Source of the DNA: the human T2T-CHM13v2.0 reference genome, Homo sapiens
DNA length: 64,000 bases
Strand: one strand, 5' to 3'
Assembly: GCF_009914755.1 (NCBI RefSeq)
Contig: NC_060925.1
The translations under genes were made by a program, and so were the position numbers. The notes beneath the pieces were generated by a model that was not told where the DNA came from, made no database searches, and saw only the letters and a program-made list of their open reading frames with translations. Positions 12,431 to 24,562 of the stretch are shown here, piece by piece. Numbering within the stretch: position 1 is the stretch's first letter; each line of letters starts with the position of its first letter.

Positions 12431-14059
12431 ATCTGGAAAACAATATTAATGTGATCCAACACACAACTAAACAACACATTTCCTACAAACCTGAGAAGTG
12501 CTTAAGGAAACTGTATCGCTATCATTTTTCAATGTAGCTCAGAAATATTATGGTCCCATATATTCTGTTAATTCTTAAATCTATGGTAAAGGTGGAGTTG
12601 GTGCTGGTGGAGGAGGGGGTATGTGGTTTGTGATCATTTTGGAACATTTGCCAGCAGCAGAATTTTGTTTATCTTTCAGTGTGGATTCCTCAAGGTAGGA
12701 ATAGAATGGGCACAGTTCCAGCAGTGTTAGAAGACATGGCAGCACTTTCTGTATATTTCATTGTTTTCTTGAGTTTTAGTTTGTGTTCCTGTTTTCCTTA
12801 AATATCAAATATGTTTATTTTCTTACTGGTCCTGGAATATAAACCGCATAATTTAACGAGAGGAGCATCTTAAATGTGATTGAAAGCCTCACTCTCCTGG
12901 GCAGGCTGGCAAGCATTACGTTCAGATGTCTGTCATTAAAATGGCATCTTTGGTTTTTCCATCATCATTGTTAATCACTAGTAATGAGAATTAACTACTG
13001 GAAATAGATAATGCCTCATGAACCTGTCAAAGTCTGGAAAAAGATACTGAAAAAGATGCTATATACTGCAATGGTTTTTAAATATATATATATCTAAATA
13101 AAAAAATGCTTGCTTATCTATCCAGATACCTTCAATAGTTTTTCAAAAAATAGTTTTCACCTGGATTGGTATTTTAAAAATGTGACCCACAGAGGCATGC
13201 CCCTTTATGAGCTGTGCAACCTCAGAGAAGAAAGAGCCAAGAAATGTGTTCCCAAGTGCGAGGGCCTCTCCTCTGCTTTCAACAAAGGAACTACACTAGT
13301 TTTTATCTGTATAATTTTATTTAGATTGCTTAGGTTTTCATTTAAGGAAAGGCATCATGGCTAAAAACAACAGCAAATCAAAACAAAAACAAATTTAAAA
13401 AATAATTGAATGCCACTAATCTATATGATGTAAAGAACTTTCAAAGAGGCACTATAGCATAGTGATTAAGACTGTTCTGAAACTAGAATGCTTCGGATAA
13501 TGTTCTATAGCTAGAATGCTATATAAGCAGGCCTGATAGAAGTGTTGGTCTGATTATTGATTTTACAATTAGCCATTGATTTATTTAGAGAAAAGATAAA
13601 CAAAGCTTGTTTTAAAGTGTATATTTTAAAAATTAAAAACATAGCAAAAATGTTGTTTGTTAAAATATTCATTATTTGGGGGAAAGTTTGAAAACAAAAT
13701 GAATTCCCAAGTTAAGAGAAAGTCTCAATCTTTAACAATTAACAAGTTAGCATAAATTACTAATTGACATTACCAAGTACAGGTAATTTTCATGTAAAAA
13801 GAAAGTAGAAACAGCTTTAAGAGGTCAATGTATCAACTTCTCGTGATTCAGAACTCCAAAAGTTTGTTGTTTAGGATGTTTTCATATTTTTCATGTATAT
13901 TTGTTTTACACTATCAAAACCTTTGTGGTAATTACCTTAATAAATTTTTTAAAAAATTATTGTTTTATATGACCAATTTATATTTCTTATTTAAAAAAAG
14001 TTTGTAATTATTCCTATTCCTTCAGAGAATAGAGCTTCTGAAATTTGTTTTTACTTTTA

Positions 14060-14492
14060 TGTCAGGCCTCTGAGCCCAAGCTAGGCCATCATATCCCCTG
14101 TGACCTGCACGCATACATCCACATGGCCTGAAGCAACTGAAGATCCACAAAAGAAGTGAAAATAGCCTTAACTGATGACATTCCACCATTGTGATTTGTT
14201 CCTGCCCCACCCTAACTGATCAACGTACTATATAATCTCCCCCACCCTTAAGAAGATTCTTTGTAATTCTCCCCACCCTTGAGGATGTACTTTGTGAGAT
14301 ATACCCCCTGCCCGCAAAACATTGCTCCTAACTCCACCGCCTATCCCAAAACCTATAAGAACTAATGATAATCCCATCACTTTTTACTGACTCGCATTTT
14401 GGACTCAGCCTGCCTGCACCCAGGTGAAATAAACAGCCTTGTTGCTCACACAAAGCCTGTTTGGTGGTCTCTTCACAGGGACGTGTGAGACA
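14060..14492 (+). mobile_element. HERV-H solo LTR (LTR7; LTR7B/7Y-like U3 repeat structure)
   Basis: Begins tgtcaggcctctgagcccaagc and ends ggtctcttcacagggacgtgtgagaca; TATA-like cctataaga at about 14352; AATAAA at about 14428; 5-bp TSD tttta/cttta with one mismatch. Confidence 0.96.
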
Positions 14493-14877
14493 CTTTAAAT
14501 TCAAGATAACTTCTATTTCAAAGTCTCAAGAAGTATTTAATAGAAAATTCTATCTCCCTTTCAGTTTAAAAAAATTATGAAAGATGTGCTCAAAATCAAC
14601 TCCAGTACAATCTGTAAAGATTCAATATATCTGACAGAAATAGTAACCACATCCTGAATTTGAGAACATACACCTACATTTTTAGTTTCTGCTTAGTATA
14701 TAAAAAGCTGAGAAGACCATTACTTCTACTCTATTACCAAGGGTGGGGGTGGGGGGTTGAAACAAATATACAATCTACTGTAAAATTTAAAAAGCAGACA
14801 GTCATTGACAGACTATCTCCATACTTTTAGTTCCTACGTAACAAACTGTAACACAACTTATTATGAAAACAAACCAA

Positions 14878-15158
14878 GGCCTGGAGCAGTGGCTCCTGTG
14901 TATAATCCCAACATTTTTGAAGGTGGAGGCAGGTGGATTCCGTGAGCCCAGGAGTTTGACATCAGCCTGGGCAAAACAATGAAACCACATCTCTACAAAT
15001 ATACAAAAATTAACCGGGTATAGTGGTGCATGCCTGTAGTCCCAGCTACTGGGGAGGCTGAGGTGGGAGCCTGGGAGTTCAGGGGTGCAGGGAGCTGTAA
15101 TTGTGCCAGGGCACTCCAGCCTGGGCAACAGATTGAGACCTTGTCAAAAAAAAAAAAA
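14878..15158 (+). mobile_element. AluJ
   Basis: Dimeric Alu with gagcccaggagtttga (J diagnostic) and an A tail. Confidence 0.93.
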
Positions 15159-15487
15159 CAAGGAAAGGAAAGGAAAAAGGAGAGGAGGAGGGAAGGAAGA
15201 AGAAAGGCAAGGCAAGGAAAAGAAGAAGAAAGGCAAGGCAAGGAAAAGAAGAAGAAAGGCAAGGCAAGGAAAAAAAGAAGAAAGGCAAGGCAAGGAAAAG
15301 AAGAAGAAAGGCAAGGCAAGGAAAAGAAGAAAGGCAAGGCAAGGAAAAGAAGAAAGGCAAGTCAAGGAAAAGAAGAAGAAAGGCAAGGCAAGGAAAAGAA
15401 GAAGAAAGGCAAGGCAAGGAAAAAAAGAAGAAAGGCAAGGAAAGGAAGAAGAAAGGAAAGGAAAGGAAGAAGGAAGGCAGGCAGGCA
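15159..15487. repeat. Purine-rich minisatellite, unit about 26 bp (aaggcaaggcaaggaaaagaagaaga)
   Basis: About 10-11 copies directly following the Alu poly(A) tail. Confidence 0.95.
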
Positions 15488-16159
15488 AAACCATGCTTAT
15501 TAGTATAGTCTTGTAACAAACAGCTGGTTTTCAGCCAGACACAAACAGCTGAACTTCAGGCAATCACAGGTAGCCAAGGATCAGACTATGCCCAAATAAA
15601 GCAAATGCCTCATCACACCATACCCAGATAAGGCAGATACCTAATTGTAGCCAATCAGACAATTTCCCTTTTTTGTTTTGTTGGGGAAACCAGCCCCACA
15701 CCGCCGGGCGGGTACCCCAAGTCCAGCAGAGACAAAGGAATTAGAAAGAGACAGAATAAGAGTTTAAAAGGCAGGTCCAGGGGACCGGAGCAGAGGCTTG
15801 CTCACGGCCCAGAGCTCTCAGCCTCCACCCAATTTATTGGTTTACAAGCTCTTTGTTCTCAGGGCAAATGGGAGAGGTAAGAAGGGATGAGGAAAAGAAT
15901 TAATCAGTAAAGGAGAACTTGTGAGTCATTCAATAAAATGTATAGCAGTGGCGGTTTCTGTCAATTTCCTCGAGCAAAGGCGTGTGTCTAAACTACTTAA
16001 GCTCTTACCAGGACCGAAACAGGTGGGAGCGGGTTTCAGCAGGAGCCAAGTTGTTTGATTATACTCCAGTACTTCAAGGGAGTGTTATCTCCCCACGCAC
16101 CCGTGGCATGCCCCGAGCTGTTATGCTCTCGGGGCATCAAGACATGAAGGCAATAAGGA

Positions 16160-17642
16160 TGTGTCTGGAATTGGTGGGTTCTTGGTCTCACTGACTTCAA
16201 GAATGAAGCCGCAGACCCTCGTGGTGAGTGTTACAGTTCTTAAAGGTGGCGTGTCCGGAGTTTGTTCCTTCTGATGTTCGGATGTGTTCGCTCTTCTGGT
16301 GGGTTCGTGGTCTTGCTGGCTCAGGAGTGAAGCTGCAGACCTTCGCAGTGAGTGTTACAGCTCTTAAGGTGGCACGTCTGGAGTTGTTCTCTCCTCCCAG
16401 TGGGTTCGTGGTCTCGCTGGCTTCAAGAGTGAAGCTACAGACCTTCACGGTGAGTGTCACAGCTCATAAAAGCAGTGTGGACCCAAAGAGTGAGCAGCAG
16501 CAAGATTTACTGCAAAGAGCAAAAGAACAAAGCTTCCACAGTGTAACAGGGTTCCCAAGCAGGTTGCCACCGCAAGCTCAGGCAGCCTGCTTTTATTCTC
16601 TTATCTGGTCCTACCCACATCCTGCTGATTGGTAGAGCCCAGTGGTCTGTTTTGACAGGGTGCTGATTGGTTCCTTTACAATCCCTGAGCTAGACACAAA
16701 GGTTCTCCACCTCCCCACCAGATTAGCTAGATACAGAATGTCAATTGGTGCATTCACAAACCCTGAGCTACACACAGGGTGCTGATTGGTGTGTTTACAA
16801 ACCTTGGGCTAGATACAGAGTGCCGATTGGTGCATTTACAATCCTTGACCTAGCCATAAAGGTTCTCCAAGGCCCCACCAGAGTAGCTAGATACAGAGTG
16901 TGGATTGGTGTATTCACAAACCCTGAGCTAGACACAGGGTGCTGATTGGTGTGTTTACAAACCTTGAGCTAGTACAGAACCTTAGCTAGACATAAAGGTT
17001 CTCCACCTACCCAGCAGACTCAGGAGCCCAGCTGGCTTCACCCAGTGGATCCAGCACGGGGGCTGCAGGTGGAGCTGCCTGCCAGTCCCGTGTCGTGTGC
17101 CCACACTTCTTAGCCCTTGGGTGGTCGATGGGACTGGGTGCCGTGGAGCAGGGGGTGGTGCTCGTTGGGGAGGCTCGGGCCGCACAGGAGCCCGTGGAGC
17201 AGGGGGAGGTTCAGGCATGGCAGGCTGCAGGTCCCGAGCCCTGCCCCGTGGGCAGGCAGCTAAGGCCCGGCGAGAAATTGAGCACAGCAGCTGCTGGCCC
17301 AGGTGCTAAGTGCCTCACTGCCCAGGGCCGGTGGGGCTGGCCGGCCGCTCCGAGTGCGGGGGCCGCTCCGAGTGCGGGGTCCACCGAGCCCACGCCCACC
17401 CGGAACTCGCACTGGCAGACAAGCACCGCGCGCAGCCCCGGTTCCCGCCCGCGCCTCTCCCTCCACACCTCCTCGCAAGCTGAGGGAGCCGGCTCCGGCC
17501 TTGGCTAGCTCAGAAAGGGGCTCCCACAGTGCAGCGGCGGGCTGAAGGGCTCCTCAAGTGCCGCCAAAGTGGGAGCCCAGGCAGAGGAGGCGACCAGAGT
17601 GAGCGAGGGCTGTGAGGACTGCCAGCACGCTGTCACCTCTCA
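16160..17642 (-). mobile_element. ERV9 solo LTR (LTR12C-like), full length, CpG-rich
   Basis: Reverse complement starts tgagaggtgacagcgtgctggcagt and ends ...ccaccaattccagacaca; CCAAT/GATA repeat array; 4-bp TSD agga at 16156-16159 and 17643-17646. Confidence 0.96.
16560..16990 (-). promoter_or_regulatory. LTR12 core promoter/enhancer: about 7 CCAAT (NF-Y) boxes, GATA sites and an AATAAAA TATA-equivalent
   Basis: Repeated ATTGG (gctgattgg) at 16625-16950; ttttatt at 16591-16597; matches known ERV9 LTR architecture; activity not shown. Confidence 0.7.
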
Positions 17643-17966
17643 AGGAGACTTTTCTCCTCAGAGGCCGCCCATGGCTCCCCATGGGTGTCTCACACAGGGG
17701 AGACCAACTTATCTGGCATCCCAGAAACTCTTTCCCACATGTTTCTTTTCTTGGCCTATAACAGCTTACTGCTCATGCTGCTGGGTGGAGCTCTCCTAAG
17801 CTCCTCTGGTTCTGAATGCTTTTCAATTCATGAATCATTCTTGGTTCAAGCAAACTGTCAAATTTGTCTAAAGGCTTTCTTTTTACACTACAAAGATCAT
17901 GTATTTACTTGAGCTTATTAGAGACCTAAGGTCACAAGGCAACCAATTAGTTTGAAATCTAAGGAA

Positions 17967-18018
17967 AGACAAAGACTTAAAGGAGAGACAGACAAAGACT
18001 TAAAGGAGAGACAGACAA
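17967..18018. repeat. 23-bp tandem duplication
   Basis: agacaaagacttaaaggagagac x2. Confidence 0.9.
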
Positions 18019-18968
18019 GAGCTTCCCTGGAGCAGACTGTAAGATGAAAAGAAGTCCGGCTTAAAAGAGGGTCTGGTGATTTTAGCCACACTTTTAAGAA
18101 CTTTCTAAAGGTCAGGTGACAAATTACTAGACTAGAGTGAGAAATTAGAAACCCTGAAACTCGTGAGGGGAATTTGACCTCACAAAGAATTTCTTCTTCA
18201 TTGGCCTCAACAGGGGTTCATGAGAGATATTGAGATCAGGGTAGGATACCAGAGAAGTTTCCTAGAGTGTTGCAGGCGTGTTGGAGGGAAGTAGCTGCTG
18301 CTACAGAAGAGGCACATACCTCTATTCCGTCCTTTCCCCTGTGGAATGGAAGCCTTTGTTACAGTAGAAAGAGCAGCAAAATCAATATACTTCAAGGCGA
18401 ATAGTAACCACAAGAAACCATCTTAAGCCCAGAGTGACAAACATCCTTGACCACTGAGATAGGATCTTGTGAAAGAGCTGGAAAATTCTTGTGACACAAG
18501 GCTGGTTATAGATTCTAGAGAATTGTCTATCTTGGGAAGAAAGACAAAGATCACTGAGAAAACCAAATCTAGACAAAAGGTATGCCTAAGAATGAGACTG
18601 AACCAATAAAATGAAAACGCCATAGAACTAAAAAGTTGGTATATATTATTCCAAGTATATGGATAATTACAAGAAGAATATATAATCTAAATATTACAGT
18701 TAAATACAGAGATTGACATTAAAACTTTGAAAAGCACAACCAACTGTATATTGTCTCTAAGACATCTACTTTAAATGTAGCAACTCAGAAAATTATAGTT
18801 GTAGACTTTAACATTCCTTTCTCGGTAACCAGGAGAATCAATAAAATCAGCAGGGATTTAAAATATTCAACCAAAACTATCAACCAATTTGATATAGTTT
18901 ATATTTATGCAACACTATACCCAACAATGAAAGAATATGTACTATTTTCAAGTGGGCATGGAACATTA

Positions 18969-19463
<495 letters not shown>

Positions 19464-20479
19464 TCACCATTCTAATTAACCTGCAAGTCAAAAAGAAACA
19501 GTGGATATTAGAAAATATTTTAAACAAACTGTTAATGAAAGGACAACATATAAACGCTGTGTGATGCAAACTGACCGGTAAAGAAAAATTTATTAGAAAA
19601 TAAAAATATTGCATAACAATGAAAAAGCTTCCATTTAAATGATAGAGATAAAAACAGGAGAAAATTAAACAACACAAAAATAAATAATAAGTGCATGTAG
19701 AAATGAATACAGTTAATTTTTTTTAAATAATGGAAATCAATAACACCAATAGGGGGTTGGTTGGAAAGAACAATACACTATAATTGCTAAATCAAGCCAC
19801 TTAGAGCAAAATAAAGATGAAAAACACAAATTACCAATAAGTGAAAGAGGGGATATTATAACACATGCTATAAACATTAAAATGATAGCACTATATTAGG
19901 CTTATGTAATCCTATATTTTTTAATAAGTTGAATTCATAATTTTAAAAATTCCAACAACCACAAAAATTCCAAATCAAGGAGTCTTCAATAGAGATTTCT
20001 TCCTGTCATGTGTAGAAGAAGTAATACCAATTGTATGCAAATTTTCCAAAAAATTAAAGACTAGGGAAAAGTTTTCATTCATTTTATGAGGTCTGCAGTA
20101 CTCTGACACAAAAACAAGACAAAAATAAGAAAACTAGAGGCTGTTATTACCAATAAAAATAAAAATAAAGAAAATCTCCAGCAAAATATTAGCAAATGAA
20201 ATCCAGCAATATATTAAAATAAAAACATATCATGACCAAGTAAGTTTTATCTGGCATACGTAAGACTGGTTTAACACTTGAAAGTTAGTATATTCACTGT
20301 ATTAACAGATTAAACTAGAAAAATGATGTAATTCTCTTGCTAGAGAGAGAAAATACATTCGTTAAAATTCAACATTCATTCATGATAAAAATGATTACTA
20401 AACTAGGACTAGAAGGAAAGTCCTTTACCCATGCTGAAAAAATTTGTACATAGATCAATGAAATAGTCTGCATTATTAT

Positions 20480-22280
20480 TTTATTTTTATTAAGCTATTA
20501 CATTTTTAAACATATTTTATACACATGTTCTTTACCAAGTATGTGATTTGTTATTTTTTATTTCTTTATGTATTTTTTGCCTGTGGCTTTCAGCAATTTT
20601 TCTGGAAGACAGGAGAAATGCTATCGTTTTTGCCTTTCACAATTGGTAGAATTCTCTGATCTTTAGATTTAGCCTGATATATCTTTTTCTGTCTTTTTAT
20701 TTTTAACCTATTTTATCTTTAGCTTTAAATAGGTGTCTCATAAGCAGCGTACAAATAGGTCATAGTTTTTTATGCAGTCTGACAGTTTGACTTTTTTTCT
20801 TGAGACAGAGTCTCACTCTGTCATCCAGGTTGGAGTGGTACAGTGGCACAATCTCAGCTGACTGCAACCTCTGCCTCCCGGGTTCAAGTGATTTTTCTGC
20901 CTCAGCCTCTGGAGTAGCTGGAATTTCGGGTGCCTGCCATCATGACGAGCTAACTTTTGTATCTTTAGTAGAGACAGGGTTTCACCATGTTGGCCAAACT
21001 GTTCTCCAACTCCTGACCTCAGGGGATCCTCCTGTCTTGGCCTCCTAAAGTGCTGGGATTACAGGGGTGAGCCACCCTGCCTGGCCACAGTCCGACTTTT
21101 AATTGGGGTATTTAGACTACTTACAATTAATGTAATCATTAATGTGATAATTACCTTGTTAATTGTTTTGTACTTGGAAGTTCCATCTGTCATTTGCTTT
21201 TTTTCTCCAATTTTCTTCCTTCTTATGCACTAATTAAATGTTTTCATTGATCCTACTTTGTGCTGTTTGTTGGCTTATTAGCTATAAATCTTTATTTTAT
21301 TATTTTAGTGGCATGTTATAGTGTGTAGTGTACATTTTTAACTTATCAAATTATCACAGCCTATGTTAATGTGATATACCACTTCATATATAGTATGTAA
21401 TCCTTGCAACAATGTAATTTCATTTCTCCTTTCCTGGCTTACATGATATTGTTTTTATGTATTTGACTTTTATATTTGACATGTTACAAGCCTCGCAATA
21501 CATTGTTATTATTTTTGCTTAAACAGTCACAATCTTTAACACAAATTTAAATAATAACAAAAAATATTATTTATATTTACACATATATTTATAATTTTTA
21601 GTGCCCTTTTTCTGTGAGGGTCTAATTTACTATATGGTTATCATTTTACTGCTACCGGAAGCATTTCTTTAATTTTCTGATGATTTTTTTCGGATACTTT
21701 TTTATGTATTCTAAATGTTTTATTTTGTCTTTGTATTTTGAAGATATTTTCACTAGTTAAATAATTCTCATTTGGCAGTTATTTTCATTTCAGTACTTTG
21801 AAGGCATTGCTTTACTGTCATATAGCTTGTACTGTTTTGACATGAAATCTTCATTTTCTTTATATTTGATCCTCTATCCATAGTTGTATTTTTCTCTGAT
21901 TCCTTTAAGTATTTTTTCCCTTTTATGGATTTTATGTAATTTGCTTATGATATGCCTTTTATAGTTAACTTTGTTTTTCTTACTATTTGGGTTCATTGAG
22001 GTTTTAGGCCCTATGGGTTTATGGTTATCGTTTTGGAAAATCTTTGAAGATTAGGTCTCCAAATTATTTTCTCTCTACTTTTGTCTCCTTTAGCAATTCC
22101 AGATACTTATATAAAAAGATGTTGGTGGGTAGCCTACGGATCTTGATGTTGCTGTCTTTTTTTTTAATCTTTATTTCTCTTCAAGTAGTTTCTATTGCTA
22201 CTGTTTCAAGTTTCCTAAGCTTTTCTTCTGTAAAGTCTCATCTGTCATTAATCCCATCCAGCATGTTTTTCATCTAGAAT
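20480..22280 (-). mobile_element. Old L1M fragment, antisense
   Basis: T-rich antisense L1 motifs (tttcagtactttgaag, ttgggttcattgag, tctcatctgtcattaatcccatccagc). Confidence 0.6.
20792..21086 (-). mobile_element. AluSx-like
   Basis: Full dimer on the minus strand; TSD acagt(tt/cc)gacttt. Confidence 0.93.
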
Positions 22281-24060
22281 TTCTTCTCACATGAACCCTT
22301 ATTTAACCTCAAACCTTTCTCCAAGTTTCACCTTCCTCTCAATAACCAAATCCACCTCCAAACCGACCTTTTTATCCAGTGACAACTCATATAATATTAT
22401 TTTTTGAATTGTTTAATTCCTCTTTGCTCCAACCTCTCCTTTCCTAAGTGGGGCATAGAGCTCAAATTACTTAATCATAAAGTGGATTTACTTGTCTTGT
22501 TCCTCAACCAAAATAGCCACTGTTCCTAACGTTATCTATGCTTATGCCTCTTTCCTAGAACTCTCATTGTGGTAGACTTGAGGGGGATCATTTGAGAGAA
22601 ATAATATATTATTTTTGCTTGCATTGATCTATTTATATAAATCTAACTAGTCATATCATAAAAAACTTGGTTCTCAAACTAAAGACAGGAAAATCTGTGT
22701 GTAAAACCAAAATGTAGTAAATCCTTATCTTATGTGAAAAGAGTAAAAAGACACAATTTCATTTATAAAAAATGGTTAATCAGAGAAATGCAGATTAAAT
22801 TATACTTTTTAATGTCCATAGTGTCTTTAATTTTAAGATAGCTGATCAATAACCATTCCTAATTCTTTCTCAATTTGTGTAAAACTGTTCTTACAAAAAT
22901 AAGATTAAGTATAAGTTTATAATAAATTTGGAAATCATAAATATTACACAAGAGTTAGTTTTTTTCTCACTAAATTCTGCTAGGACAAAAGTATGGGGTT
23001 CAGGTGAAAACACACCTACTAGGATAGCTCATTAGGTATCCATAACTTAGAGGCCCAAGAAACAAAATGTGAACAAAAGTCATTTATATGTGAATCTCAA
23101 GTAAAACCCCCAAAATCCAATAAGCAGAAATTAGTTAAGGAGTAAGTAAAGGAAATTTGGCTCTAATATACATATTTGAATTTTTAAATATTATTTAACA
23201 TAATTTTATTGTAAAGTTGTATATATTCATTTTCTTTTTCTTTTATTTTTATTAAATGTGGAATCTTAAGTTTTCATCATATAATTATCTCCTCTCAAAT
23301 TTCTCCCAGTTTGTTTCCATTCTGGTGAATTACTAAAATTTGATAGCAGCCTCTTCTATTAATGCCATTTTATCACACACTGGTTGCCCAAAATTCTAAA
23401 AGCACAGCCAGATTGTGTAATTAAGGAATCAAAAGAAAGAAGAGAGAATCATGTCTGAAAAGCACTTATTAACATTAATTCAATACCATAATATTGTAGA
23501 TTATTAAAGAAGCTTTGAAGAATTTAAGACAGTTGCCTTGGCTCACAGCATGTTACTATCTAGTTAGCAATACAACATAATTTTCCTAACTGCAAGTCCA
23601 GTTTTTTTATATTACTCACTACTGCCCTCTTAAAAGGATATCAGGATATCTAAAAAGAACTGTAAAATAGTATTTTTATAACATTAAGAAATGTATTTTT
23701 AATTGATAGATAACAGTTGTGTATATGTATAGGGAAGAATAGTATTTTGACACAGGGAATATTGCATAATATAAGCATTCTGGAGAGCAAATTTTTGTAT
23801 GGTTTTATGCTTGCATTCATCAGTCTGGATTTCACTTGTCTTTAATTACTTCACTTAATTAGCTCAAACCATTGGTATATCCAAAATAACAAAGTTTATG
23901 TGATGTTTAATTACCTTCTCTTACAATTTGCATGAGAAAAGTACCTGAGTGTAAAATAATTTTGTTATGTCTATGATGTATATGTGGTGCTACCCTCCAC
24001 CGGAAATTGATGAATGAGGGTAGTTTATAAACAAAAGTAAAATGAGCCATAAAAGATGAT

Positions 24061-24155
24061 GGAAGTTTTTGGAAGTCATTTTTGGAAGAAGTTTTTGGAA
24101 GTTATTTTTGGAAGAAGTTTTTGGAAGTCATTTTTGGAAGTTTTAGAAGTTATTT
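24061..24155. repeat. GGAAG-containing tandem repeat, 13/26-bp period
   Basis: GGAAG at 24061, 24071, 24084, 24097, 24110, 24123, 24136. Confidence 0.9.
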
Positions 24156-24270
24156 TATGCACCTAATGATGAGAGAAAAAAACTCAGAAATGTCTACAAA
24201 AACTCTTCAAGACCATTTATAGCTTTTAAAGAGAGGTAGTTGAAATGTGGAATCTTTTTAAAAGAAATAT

Positions 24271-24562
<292 letters not shown>

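Larger units (their letters stand above)
15679..17739 (-). mobile_element. HERV-K (HML-1) LTR14B-like solo LTR, split by LTR12C
   Basis: Reverse complement starts tgtgggaaagagtttctgggatgccagataagttggtctcccctgtgtgagacacccatgggg; the halves rejoin at aagga/gacttttc; flanked by a tgttt direct repeat; minus-strand AATAAA at 15833-15838. Confidence 0.8.
15512..17888 (+). mobile_element. MER57/LTR54-like ERV1 LTR in two pieces (15512-15678 and 17740-17888)
   Basis: 5' piece tgtaacaaacagctg...caatcacagg...aaataaagcaaatgcc...gtagccaatc; 3' piece ctataacagcttactgctcatgctgc...ttcatgaatcattc...tttgtctaaaggctttctttttaca. Confidence 0.7.

Noticed and set aside
14993-15519. Several 110-157 aa ORFs (K/R/E-rich, or F/L/P-rich on the minus strand)
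   Set aside because: They are open only because the purine VNTR lacks stop codons; their N-termini are Alu sequence.
16620-16990. Regularly spaced repeats resembling a CRISPR array
   Set aside because: These are the ERV9 U3 CCAAT/GATA tandem repeats; the spacers are not unique, the DNA is eukaryotic and there are no cas genes.
16197-17799. Cluster of overlapping GC-rich ORFs
   Set aside because: Essentially all lie within the LTR12C/LTR14 nest; typical LTR12 pseudo-ORFs.
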